Shown here piece by piece: positions 53,500 through 63,024 of a DNA stretch of 64,000 bases. The DNA lies in contig CAZOFD010000001.1 of the NCBI GenBank assembly GCA_964579135.1, positions 26,063 to 90,062 on the forward strand. The letters run 5' to 3'. The translations under genes were made by a program, and so were the position numbers. The notes beneath the pieces are model-generated. The model worked only from the letters and a program-made list of their open reading frames with translations. It did no database searches and was not told the origin of the DNA. Position 1 is the first letter of the stretch. Each line of letters begins with the position of its first letter. Origin of the DNA: an uncultured Ruminococcus sp. Its GTDB lineage: Bacteria > Bacillota > Clostridia > Oscillospirales > CAG-272.

Positions 53500-54184
53500 T
53501 TTCAGCAAACAAAAAGAAAGTTTTTACAAAAAAGAAGAACGCCGCCTCAAAAACGAGATCTTGCAGCGCGAGCAACAACTGAACAACCTGCGCGCCAAAA
53601 GCGCCGACGAATCGAAAAAACGCGCCGCGGAATCCTCCGCCTCCGTGCACAGATTTAAAAAATCGAATTACCCCTCGTACGTCGTCTCCGCCGTACGCGA
53701 AAACTCTCTGTTCGGCATAGTGTCGCGCTTTTTCGCTTATTTTCGCCGCTTTCGTCTTGTCTCCACCATCGTTAAAACGGTAAGTGCCGTATTCGCGATC
53801 GTGCAGGCGGGAGCTTTGCTCATAATTTTGTCCGGTGTTCTCATCGTCGTGATCCCCGCCCTTATCGTTTTTGCCGTAACCGCATTCGTTTTGACGTTTG
53901 TCACAAGGCGAAAGATCACGGAGAAAGCCGAAAAAGTATTTTCCGGTCGACCTCTCACCGTTATATTCGTATCGCACACCGCCCCCTCGCTGTCGTGCGT
54001 GTACGCAACGGCGCGCGACCTTGCCGCCGCCGGGCAGGCGGTGCTCGTGGTATTGCCGACGATGACGTCGAAGCGAACGCAAAAAAAGATCGACGGCGTA
54101 CTGACCGTCAAGCACCATATGTATTTTCATCTGCAATCTCACGTGCTGAAAAACGCCCCCGACAGGACCGAAATATACCTTTGA
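53492..54184 (+). CDS. Hypothetical membrane protein (basic coiled-coil N-terminus, two or three TM helices, soluble C-terminus)
   Basis: ATG overlaps the queG stop by 8 nt. I recognise no family motif. Confidence 0.55.
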   Translation: MISFSKQKESFYKKEERRLKNEILQREQQLNNLRAKSADESKKRAAESSASVHRFKKSNYPSYVVSAVRENSLFGIVSRFFAYFRRFRLVSTIVKTVSAVFAIVQAGALLIILSGVLIVVIPALIVFAVTAFVLTFVTRRKITEKAEKVFSGRPLTVIFVSHTAPSLSCVYATARDLAAAGQAVLVVLPTMTSKRTQKKIDGVLTVKHHMYFHLQSHVLKNAPDRTEIYL

Positions 54185-54292
54185 CGTTCGCCCCTCGCGT
54201 GCCGTTTTCGCACAGCAGTCGCACCCACGCCGCGCGCACCCGAAAAATGCAAAGTGCGATCGGCAATCAAAACCGAAGAAAAGGCAAAAAAT

Positions 54293-57200
54293 ATGATCAG
54301 ATTCGTATACGGCGACCTCGGTTGCGGAAAAAGCAAATATATCACGGATCGGATGGTTCTCGACGCGGAAAAAGGCGAAAAAGTGCTATTGATAGTCCCG
54401 GAGCAAGCGACCGTATGCGCGGAGCGCGATCTTTTGTCGCGTCTGCCCGCGCGCGCGCGCCTCTCGGCAGACGTGCTGAATTTCTCAAGGCTTTGCGACG
54501 CGGTCTTCAGAAGATACGGCGGCGGCGCATACGAACGCGCTTCGGAGGGCGTGCGCAAGATCATCGTATGGCGTGCGCTTCGCGAAGCGTCGCCTTTTTT
54601 GCGCGAATATTCGCTCCGCGCCGCGGACGACGTGCCGCTTACGGAGAAGATGCTTGCCGCGATCGACGAATTCGCTCTCGGCGGCACGTCCGCGCAAGAT
54701 CTTGACAACGCCCTGCGCCGCCTGCCCGCGGGCAAACTCGCCGACAAAGTGCGCGACCTCTCGCTTGTCTACTCGATATATTGCGGTCTCTTGGAGCCGA
54801 AATACTCCACCGAAGTAACGTCGATGCAAAAAGCCGCCGACATCCTCGAAAAAGAGGACTATTTTGCGGAAGTAAACGTTTATATCGACGCTTTTACGAG
54901 TTTTACGTCTCCCGAGCACAGAATCATACGGGCGGCTATGGCAAAAGCGAAAAACGTTACCGTAACGATTCCGCTGCCCTCGCCGACACATCGCGGCACG
55001 GACACGCTGTCCATACGGGCGTGCTCCGACAAATTGCGCGCAGCCGCCGCTGCAACGGGAGCCCCCGTGCAAAGCGTATGCCTTGAAGAACGCAGCCGCG
55101 CCGACAGCGCGACTTTGCAATATACCGCAAAAGACCTTTGGACGACGCGCGACGGGGTGCGACCGCAAAACGACGGCAGCATCGAGCTGTGGCGCAGCGA
55201 CGATATCTACGACGAGGTCGAATACGCCGCGGCGCGGATACGCGAACTGCTCGAAAACGGTTGCCGTTGCCGCGACGTCGCTCTGATAGTACGGCGCGCC
55301 GATACGTACCGCGGAATCATCGAGCCGGCTCTCGAGGAGATGGGAGTGCCGTATTATTTCGCGCAAAGAACGTCGCTTGCGAGCACGGCTCCCGCAAGAC
55401 TTATAATCTCCGCGCTTCGCATCGCCCTTTACGGTTGGCGGCGCGAGGACGTTATCGCGCACCTAAAGACCGGGCTTTGCGGCGTAGATCCGCGCGACGC
55501 GGATATGTTCGAATATTACGTCGCGAAGTGGCAAATATCGGGCAATCGTTTCACCGTTAACGAGCCGTGGAATATGAATCCCGACGGATATACCGACAAG
55601 ATCAGTCGCCGCGGCGAGACCGTGCTTGCCGCCGCCAATCGCGTGCGCACAAAGATCACGGGCGCACTCGAAGATTATTTTTCCGCCCTCAAAGCCGCAG
55701 ACAGCGCCGCGGGAATGTGCCGCGCCACGGCGGAATACCTTGAGCGTGTCGGACTTGACGACTCGCTACGAAATATCGCGGCAAAGCATCTCGGTGCGGG
55801 CAGACTTCGTTACGCAAACGAGACCTCGCGCCTCTATGCCGCAACGCTTGACGCTCTCGACGAATTGTGCGAAGCGTTCGACGGCGCCCCGAAGCCCGAT
55901 CTCTCGACTTTTGCCTGCGCATTGCGTATGCTTTTGGGCTCAACGGACATAGGCACCATTCCGACGTCCGTTGACGAAGTAAACGTACTCGAGGCAAATA
56001 TGATGCGAGCCGACAACGTAAAATACGTCGTCATCCTCGGCTGCGTAGACGGCGAATTCCCCGCTGCGGTGACCGACTCGGGGCTGCTTTCGGAAAACGA
56101 AAGAGCACTTCTGGCGGAATTTCTGTCGGATGCGGGCAAAAGTCGCGCCGAACGCGCTTCGGACGAACTTTTTTATTTTCGTCGCGCCGTTGCAAGCGCA
56201 AGATGCGGCGTTATGATCAGTTCGCACGGTCCGACGCCGCCCTCCGCCGCCTTTGAGCGTATAAGGGCGCTACTCTCCGTATCGGTAACGGACGCCTCTG
56301 GCGATATCTTGCGCCGCATACGCACACCGCGAGCCGCCGCCGAATACGCGCCGTTGCTTTACGGCAGTGCGATAGGCGGCGCCGTCGACGAAGCCCTCTC
56401 CCAACTCAAAGGCGAGTCTTTCCGTATAGGCTCTGCCGCAGAGCCGCCCGTTTGCGCCGCAAACGACGCGATATCACCCGCCGTCGCCTTGTCCGCCGTC
56501 GGGAAAGACCTTGTGCTCAGTCAATCGCGCACCGAAGACTTCGCAAACTGCCGATTTATGTATGCCTGCAAATATTTGCTGTCGCTCGACGATGGGAAAA
56601 AGGTCGAATTTTCGTTCGACAGCATAGGCACGTTTATCCATTCGGTTCTCGAAAACGCTTTGTTTGAAATATTCGCCGTGCGAGGCGGAGAGCTGCCGGG
56701 CGCCGTCGAGCGCGAAGAGCTCATCGCCTCCTGCGCCGAAAAATACGTCAAAGAGCACCTGCCGCAAGATATCGGCGACCGAAAAATGCGCATCGCGCAC
56801 CTGACCGAGCGTTGCCGCAGGCTCGCTTCGCTCGTGCTGACCGACCTTGTCGCGGAATTCGAAGACAGTGCTTTCCGCCCAGAATTTTTCGAGCTTAAGA
56901 TAGGTCGCGGCGGCGTGCCCTCTCCCGTGCTCGATACCGCCGGCGGCAATCGCGTATCGATCACCGGAGTCGTCGACCGAGTCGACGTTTTTCGCAGCGA
57001 GGGCAAAGCGTATATCCGCACGGTGGACTATAAAACCGGCAACAAAACCTTTAACCTAAAAAACATCGGCGACGGCAAAGACCTGCAGCTGCTGCTCTAC
57101 CTGTATTCGCTTACGTCGCCGAACGACGCCGTCAAAAACAAACTCGGAGGCGAGCCGTTGCCCGCCGGTATAAGTTATTACACGGCTACGCCGCCCACCG

Positions 57201-57538
57201 TCGAACTTGCCGCTTTGGACGACCCGACCGTCCGGGAGCGCGCGCGACTGGAACTTAGGCGCAGCGGTCTTTGGCTCGACGACGAAACGGTGCTCGGCGC
57301 GGCAAGCGCCGAGGGAAACACGCGCCACCTCATGGCGAGCGGCAAAAAGGCGACGGTGCCATCGGTAAGTCGCGAAGGCTTCGACCGCCTCTTTAGTCAA
57401 GTATGCGATACGGTTTGCGCCGTCGCGGACGATATCGCCGCCGGTCACGCCGAAGCGCGTCCGCGAGACGCGCGAACGTGCGAATTTTGCCCGTTTTTCT
57501 GCATATGCCGCGTAGGCGCGAGGGGCAAAGGCGCGTAA
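54293..57538 (+). CDS. addB: ATP-dependent helicase/deoxyribonuclease subunit B
   Basis: Walker A GDLGCGKS, PD-(D/E)xK nuclease region (GVVDRVD..VDYKTG) and a C-terminal Fe-S Cys cluster (CEFCPFFCIC). Confidence 0.9.
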   Translation: MIRFVYGDLGCGKSKYITDRMVLDAEKGEKVLLIVPEQATVCAERDLLSRLPARARLSADVLNFSRLCDAVFRRYGGGAYERASEGVRKIIVWRALREASPFLREYSLRAADDVPLTEKMLAAIDEFALGGTSAQDLDNALRRLPAGKLADKVRDLSLVYSIYCGLLEPKYSTEVTSMQKAADILEKEDYFAEVNVYIDAFTSFTSPEHRIIRAAMAKAKNVTVTIPLPSPTHRGTDTLSIRACSDKLRAAAAATGAPVQSVCLEERSRADSATLQYTAKDLWTTRDGVRPQNDGSIELWRSDDIYDEVEYAAARIRELLENGCRCRDVALIVRRADTYRGIIEPALEEMGVPYYFAQRTSLASTAPARLIISALRIALYGWRREDVIAHLKTGLCGVDPRDADMFEYYVAKWQISGNRFTVNEPWNMNPDGYTDKISRRGETVLAAANRVRTKITGALEDYFSALKAADSAAGMCRATAEYLERVGLDDSLRNIAAKHLGAGRLRYANETSRLYAATLDALDELCEAFDGAPKPDLSTFACALRMLLGSTDIGTIPTSVDEVNVLEANMMRADNVKYVVILGCVDGEFPAAVTDSGLLSENERALLAEFLSDAGKSRAERASDELFYFRRAVASARCGVMISSHGPTPPSAAFERIRALLSVSVTDASGDILRRIRTPRAAAEYAPLLYGSAIGGAVDEALSQLKGESFRIGSAAEPPVCAANDAISPAVALSAVGKDLVLSQSRTEDFANCRFMYACKYLLSLDDGKKVEFSFDSIGTFIHSVLENALFEIFAVRGGELPGAVEREELIASCAEKYVKEHLPQDIGDRKMRIAHLTERCRRLASLVLTDLVAEFEDSAFRPEFFELKIGRGGVPSPVLDTAGGNRVSITGVVDRVDVFRSEGKAYIRTVDYKTGNKTFNLKNIGDGKDLQLLLYLYSLTSPNDAVKNKLGGEPLPAGISYYTATPPTVELAALDDPTVRERARLELRRSGLWLDDETVLGAASAEGNTRHLMASGKKATVPSVSREGFDRLFSQVCDTVCAVADDIAAGHAEARPRDARTCEFCPFFCICRVGARGKGA

Positions 57539-57643
57539 GCGAAAAGCGCGGCTTGTTTCGCATTGGTTAACACTTAAGTTCGCCCTTGCCGCCTCGGCAA
57601 GGGCGGAAAGGAACGATCGCCCGAACAAAGCGAATATCGAAAT

Positions 57644-60600
57644 ATGAAAAAACCGACAAAAGCGCAACAAAGCGCCATCGATCTGCGCGGCAGGAGCGTT
57701 TTGGTCTCCGCCGCCGCAGGCTCGGGGAAAACAGCCACCCTTACGCAGCGCATTATCCGCCTGCTGACCGACGAGACCTCCCCCGCCGACGTTTGCGATA
57801 TGCTTATCGTTACCTTTACACGAGCCGCCGCGGGCGAGTTGCGCACACGCATATCCGCCGCGATCTCCTCCGCGCTCGCCGTCGATATGCAAAACGAGCA
57901 TCTCGCACGTCAGCTCGCCGCGCTCGGCAGTGCAAAAATATGCACGATAGACTCGTATTATCTCGATCTCGCACGCGGCAATTTCGAGCGTTTGGGTCTG
58001 CCCGCGTCGTTCCGCCCCGCCGACGAGGGCGAAGCGAAGATATTGCGCAGATCCGTTATGAACGCCGTTATCGAAGAAAGATACTCCGCCGACCCCGATT
58101 TCCCGGATCTTTGCGAGCAGCTGACCGGCGTGCGCTCAAGCGGCGCACTCGCAGACGTGTTCATAGATATTTACGAGGATACGGAGCGGCTCACTGACGG
58201 CGGCGATTACCTGCTTCGTTGCGCCCAAAAATACAAGCACGGCGCCGAATCGCCGTTTTTCGACACCGTTTGGGGCAACGCATTTCGCCGCGAAATGCGC
58301 CTTGAGGCGCAAACTCTCGCCGCACGTGCCGATTCCGCGCTCGAAATCGTCGCAAACAACCCCGAATGTGCCGCGTATTCCGATTCGCTCGAAAACTCCC
58401 GTGAATTTTTAAAGGAGTTTTTGCGCATTACGGAAAACGGCAGCTACTCCGCGGTGCGGGAGACCGTACGTCGCTTTTCGCCGATAAGCGCGGGAAGAGT
58501 ATCTGGCAAAGCAACAGACGCCTCGCGAGCCGCACTTGAGGAGCGCAACGCGCTCAACAAAGCTATAAGCGATTGGTCGAAACGCGAATTTTTGCTTGAC
58601 GACGAAAATATTTCGGCTGCAATGCTGCGCTCAAGCGATATATGCGAAAAAATACATTCGGTAATAAGCGAATACCGAAAAGCGTTGAGCGACGAAAAAG
58701 CACTGCGCGGCATATGCGATTTCGCAGACCTGTCGCGTTTCGCACTGAAGCTTTTAACGGACGAAAACGGCAACCCGACAGACCTCGCCCTTGAAGAGAG
58801 AAAAAAATACAGCCATATATTCGTCGACGAATATCAGGACACCGACGGAATACAGGACACCGTATTTCGCACGATATCGAACGGGCATAACCTGTTTTTG
58901 GTCGGAGACGTTAAACAAAGCATATACGGTTTTCGCGGTGCGGAGCCCTCGATCTTTACCGAATATCGAAAGGAATCCCCCCCCGTAGCCGAGGTGCCGA
59001 GCGGCGACTGCCCGTGTTCGATATATATGTCCGAGAACTTCAGATGTGCCCCTTGCGTCGTAAACTTCACGAACGCCGTTTGTTCTTATCTTTTTTCCGC
59101 CGCCGAAAAAAGCGGCAACGGCATAGGATACCGCAAAGAGGACGATCTCGTCCTCTCGCGCCCCGAGCCGTACGGCAACGAACGCGTTAAGATCGCGCTC
59201 GTTGAAAAAAACGACGAAGAAAACGCGGCATACTCGGAAGCGATCTATATAGCAAACGAGATCAAGCGGCTCGTTAAATACGAAAAGAACGCCGACGGCA
59301 CCCCTTTTAAATACGGCGATATGGCGATCCTCGTTCGCTCACACTCCAAAGCCGAGGCGATAGCCGACGTGCTCGTGCGCGAGGGCATCCCCCACGCAAA
59401 CGGCGCGGGAGAAGCGCTTTTCGAAAACCCCGAAGTACTTATGATGTTCTCTCTGCTGTGCGCGATAGACAACCCCGAGCGCGACGTTCCTTTGGCGGGT
59501 GCTCTGCGCTCGCCCATATTCCGTTTTTCACTATCCGACCTTGTCGAGATACGCCGCACAAGAACCGACACGTCGCTTTTCGGCTCCCTGCTCGAATACG
59601 GCAGCGACGAGAACGCCGACGCGCAACTTGCCGAAAAATGCCGTGAGGCAACGAAAACGATCGACGACTGGCGCGAAGCGGCACAAGCGCTGCCCGTGCA
59701 TATTTTCGTTCGCGACCTTTGGCGGCAAACAAACGCGCTAACGTACGCCGGCTCAGGCGCGGACTCCGCACGTCAAACCCCGAACGAAAGGCGGCGAAAC
59801 CTGCAACAATTCTACGAATACGCAAGAAAGTTCGAAGCCTCCGCATTTCGCACCCTGCACGATTTTACCGAATATATCGGCGGCATCATCGAAAGCGGCG
59901 AAAAGATAGCTTTCGAGAACGCGGGCGACGAAAATACGGTGCGGATAATGACGGTGCACAAATCCAAAGGGCTCGAATTCCCGGTCGTATTCCTCGCAGG
60001 CACGGCAAGCCGCACGAACACAAGCGACGGTAACTCGCCTTTGATATTTACCCCGCAGGACGATCTCGGTCTGACTTTGCGACTGACCGACAAAAGCGGA
60101 TTCGGCAAGATAGAGACCCCGATGCGTCTCGCCGCGGCAAAAAAAGTCGTATCGCTCTCACTCGAAGAGGAGATACGGGTGCTTTACGTTGCGCTCACGC
60201 GCGCGCGCGACCGACTTTACGTAACCGCGGAGGGCAGCGGCGACTTTGCCGCGAAAAAGCTCGACGCCGCAAACCGCCGTGCATCCCTCGGTGACGTTGC
60301 CGCACTCGACGCCTGCTCGTCGACCCTCGATCGAATCCTCACCGCGCTGAGCGCCTCGCCCGACTGCGACTGCTATGAGATCGAAGCGGCGCACTGCGCC
60401 TCGCAACAAGAAGAGACGAGCGACGTCGAAACGCGAGAGGAGCCGACGCCCGAGGGCTCAATACGCGCCGATACGGCAAACGAGCTCTCCGCGCGTTTTG
60501 CTTTCGAATATCCCTTGAGCTCGACTCGCATACCTGCCAAGCTTTCTGTCTCCCGACTTTACCCCGAGATCCTCGACCCCGAGGAGACGGATCTCGACGA

Positions 60601-61243
60601 TCTGCTGAAAAAGGTCGCGTCGCAAGAGCGTCGCGTACCGAAATTTATGGGCGGAAAAGGAGACGGCGCTGCCGAGCGCGGCACCGCAACGCATTTGTTT
60701 TTGCAATTTTGCGACTTTTCGCACCTCGACGGAACCGAGGCGAGCGTAAACGACGAGGTCGCCCGTTTGTGCGAAAAAAGGTTTATATCCGAGGCAAGTG
60801 CGAAACTTATAAGAAAAGACGAGATCGCCGCATTCGCGAAAAGCGAGATATTCAAATCGGTCAAAGAAGCGCGCAACGTTTGGCGCGAACAAAGATTTAA
60901 CGTTTTTCTCCCGGCACGCGACTTCACGTCGGACGAAAAAACGAAAAAGCTGCTCGCAGACGAGAAACTGCTCGTACAAGGCGTTATCGACCTGTTCTTT
61001 ACGGACAAAAACGGCAACCTCGTGTTATGCGATTACAAAACCGACCGCCTGACGCCTCGCGAACTTCGCGACCCCGACGCCGCAAAGCAAACGCTGCTCG
61101 AACGGCACGGGAGGCAACTCTCGTATTATGCGGCGGCACTCGGCGAAATTTTCACTCACGCCCCCGACGTGATATGCGTTTACTCGCTCCATTCGGGTGC
61201 CGAATACCGCTTTACCGTCGACGAGTTGTCGAAAGCGCCGTAA
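57644..61243 (+). CDS. addA: ATP-dependent helicase/nuclease subunit A
   Basis: UvrD/Rep motifs (SAAAGSGKT, DEYQDT, VGDVKQSIYGFRGA, HKSKGLEFPVV, LYVALTRA) and a C-terminal RecB-type nuclease (GVIDLFF..CDYKTD). Confidence 0.93.
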   Translation: MKKPTKAQQSAIDLRGRSVLVSAAAGSGKTATLTQRIIRLLTDETSPADVCDMLIVTFTRAAAGELRTRISAAISSALAVDMQNEHLARQLAALGSAKICTIDSYYLDLARGNFERLGLPASFRPADEGEAKILRRSVMNAVIEERYSADPDFPDLCEQLTGVRSSGALADVFIDIYEDTERLTDGGDYLLRCAQKYKHGAESPFFDTVWGNAFRREMRLEAQTLAARADSALEIVANNPECAAYSDSLENSREFLKEFLRITENGSYSAVRETVRRFSPISAGRVSGKATDASRAALEERNALNKAISDWSKREFLLDDENISAAMLRSSDICEKIHSVISEYRKALSDEKALRGICDFADLSRFALKLLTDENGNPTDLALEERKKYSHIFVDEYQDTDGIQDTVFRTISNGHNLFLVGDVKQSIYGFRGAEPSIFTEYRKESPPVAEVPSGDCPCSIYMSENFRCAPCVVNFTNAVCSYLFSAAEKSGNGIGYRKEDDLVLSRPEPYGNERVKIALVEKNDEENAAYSEAIYIANEIKRLVKYEKNADGTPFKYGDMAILVRSHSKAEAIADVLVREGIPHANGAGEALFENPEVLMMFSLLCAIDNPERDVPLAGALRSPIFRFSLSDLVEIRRTRTDTSLFGSLLEYGSDENADAQLAEKCREATKTIDDWREAAQALPVHIFVRDLWRQTNALTYAGSGADSARQTPNERRRNLQQFYEYARKFEASAFRTLHDFTEYIGGIIESGEKIAFENAGDENTVRIMTVHKSKGLEFPVVFLAGTASRTNTSDGNSPLIFTPQDDLGLTLRLTDKSGFGKIETPMRLAAAKKVVSLSLEEEIRVLYVALTRARDRLYVTAEGSGDFAAKKLDAANRRASLGDVAALDACSSTLDRILTALSASPDCDCYEIEAAHCASQQEETSDVETREEPTPEGSIRADTANELSARFAFEYPLSSTRIPAKLSVSRLYPEILDPEETDLDDLLKKVASQERRVPKFMGGKGDGAAERGTATHLFLQFCDFSHLDGTEASVNDEVARLCEKRFISEASAKLIRKDEIAAFAKSEIFKSVKEARNVWREQRFNVFLPARDFTSDEKTKKLLADEKLLVQGVIDLFFTDKNGNLVLCDYKTDRLTPRELRDPDAAKQTLLERHGRQLSYYAAALGEIFTHAPDVICVYSLHSGAEYRFTVDELSKAP

Positions 61244-61546
61244 AAACGGGCGGTGCCCCTTTTGCCACCCTGCCGCGAACAAGGTGCGCTGACGGTGTGC
61301 CGCGGGTGGATTTTTCGATATCGAATTTCAAAACGCCGAGCGACACGCCCGTGCACCGAGTGGTGCGCGGGCATACGTAAATCAAAAAAGTGTTTGCCTA
61401 TGCTGAGACGCACGTCAAATTATATCAAAAACGCGAATATATAATCGTTTTTTGTTATTTTGGTGAATAATTGCGTACATTTTCCTGCATTTTAAGCCGT
61501 GGGCTTTAGTTTTTTGGGCGTTTTATGAAAAAATCTCTTTTTGCTC

Positions 61547-61575
61547 TTGCAAAAACCGGAATTATGATGTATAAT
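61547..61575 (+). promoter_or_regulatory. Sigma-A-type promoter for the citrate synthase-like/aconitase operon
   Basis: TTGCAA (61547..61552), 17-nt spacer, TATAAT (61570..61575). Confidence 0.6.
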
Positions 61576-61656
61576 ATTCGTATTATACTCTGCCGTCTGT
61601 CGCCGTAGCGCATATCTCGGCGCCAAAAGCAAACTCAAAGCAAGGAGAATCGTAAA

Positions 61657-63024
61657 ATGATAGAGATCTCATCCAGGTCCAATTTGTTGGAACAAAAATC
61701 GTACAAATATACGTTGCAGGACGTAGCGGAGCCGAATCTTTACCGCGAGATATACACTTACGACGACGTGCCTATGCTCGCGTTCAACCACAGGCGCGTC
61801 CCCCTCGGTATGCCGGAACAGATCTGGATAACGGACACCTCTTTTCGCGACGGTATGCAGTCTCGCGCGCCCTATACGCCGAAACAGATAGTAGATCTTT
61901 ATAAAATGCTGAGCCGCCTCGGCGGACCGAAAGGCATAATTCGCGCCACGGAATTTTTCGTTTACAGCGAAAACGACAGAAAAGCGCTGAACGACTGCCG
62001 CGAGCTCGGACTTGAGTTCCCCGAGATAACGACGTGGATCAGGGCGAGCCTTGAGGACTTTAAACTCGTTAAGGATCTCGGAATAAAAGAGACGGGCATC
62101 CTTGTCTCCTGCTCCGACTACCACATATTCAAAAAACTCGGTATGACGAGAAAGCAGGCGTTCGACCATTACCTCAGAACCATATCCGCGGCGCTTGAAA
62201 TGGGCATCCTGCCGCGTTGCCACTTCGAGGACATAACGCGTGCGGATTTCTACGGTTTTGTAGTACCTTTCGTTAACGCCATCCAAGAGCTCGCTCGCGA
62301 AGCGGGCATACCCGTAAGGATACGCGCCTGCGACACTATGGGTTACGGCGTTCCGTACAGCGAAGTGGCTCTGCCGCGAAGCGTGCCCGGTATAATATAC
62401 GGCTTGCAGCACTACTCCGACGTTCCGAGCGAAATGCTCGAGTGGCACGGTCACAACGACTTTTACAAGGGAGTGGCAAACGCGACTTGCGCATGGCTCT
62501 TCGGCGCTTGCTCCGTCAACACGTCTCTGCTCGGCATAGGCGAACGCACCGGCAACGTTCCGCTCGAGGCTATGGTATTCGAGTACGCGTCGTTAAAGGG
62601 AACGCTCGACGGTATGGATCCGACCGTCATCACCGAAATAGCGGACTATTTTAAAAACGAAATGGGTTACGAGATCCCGCCGATGACTCCCTTTGTCGGA
62701 GAAGACTTTAACACGACGCGCGCCGGTATCCACGCAGACGGTATGCTCAAGGACGAGGAGATCTACAACATATTCAATACCGACAAGATACTCAACCGTC
62801 CCGCCGGCGTAACGGTCACCTCGACCTCGGGCCTTGCGGGCATCGCATACTGGATAAACGTCCACTACCGCCTGAAGGGCGACGACGCCGTCAGCAAACA
62901 CGACGACCTCGTCGTGCACATCAAAAAATGGGTCGACGCACAATACACCGCCGGCAGGCAGACAGCCATATCTTCCCGCGAACTCGAAAAACAGATAATA
63001 AAATACAAAAAGGAACACAACTGA
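61657..63024 (+). CDS. HMGL-like (isopropylmalate/homocitrate synthase family) enzyme, likely Re-citrate synthase
   Basis: ..ITDTSFRDGMQS.. and ..EWHGHNDFY.. DRE-TIM metal-site motifs. About 455 aa with no LeuA regulatory domain. It sits directly upstream of aconitase, the arrangement described for clostridial Re-citrate synthase. Confidence 0.6.
   Translation: MIEISSRSNLLEQKSYKYTLQDVAEPNLYREIYTYDDVPMLAFNHRRVPLGMPEQIWITDTSFRDGMQSRAPYTPKQIVDLYKMLSRLGGPKGIIRATEFFVYSENDRKALNDCRELGLEFPEITTWIRASLEDFKLVKDLGIKETGILVSCSDYHIFKKLGMTRKQAFDHYLRTISAALEMGILPRCHFEDITRADFYGFVVPFVNAIQELAREAGIPVRIRACDTMGYGVPYSEVALPRSVPGIIYGLQHYSDVPSEMLEWHGHNDFYKGVANATCAWLFGACSVNTSLLGIGERTGNVPLEAMVFEYASLKGTLDGMDPTVITEIADYFKNEMGYEIPPMTPFVGEDFNTTRAGIHADGMLKDEEIYNIFNTDKILNRPAGVTVTSTSGLAGIAYWINVHYRLKGDDAVSKHDDLVVHIKKWVDAQYTAGRQTAISSRELEKQIIKYKKEHN

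Noticed and set aside
54293-61243. AddAB as part of a defence island.
   Set aside because: This is the canonical housekeeping double-strand-break repair helicase-nuclease pair, with full motif sets. The neighbours (queG, central metabolism) are not defence genes.
61244-61546. A possible small RNA or small ORFs in the 413-nt addA/citrate-synthase-like intergenic region. Examples are ORF 61253..61444 and the hairpin AAGCC-GTG-GGCTT plus T-run at about 61494..61518.
   Set aside because: The stem is only 5 bp. The ORFs lack an RBS and are Arg/Cys-rich. No promoter is paired with the hairpin. The evidence is insufficient to call a feature.
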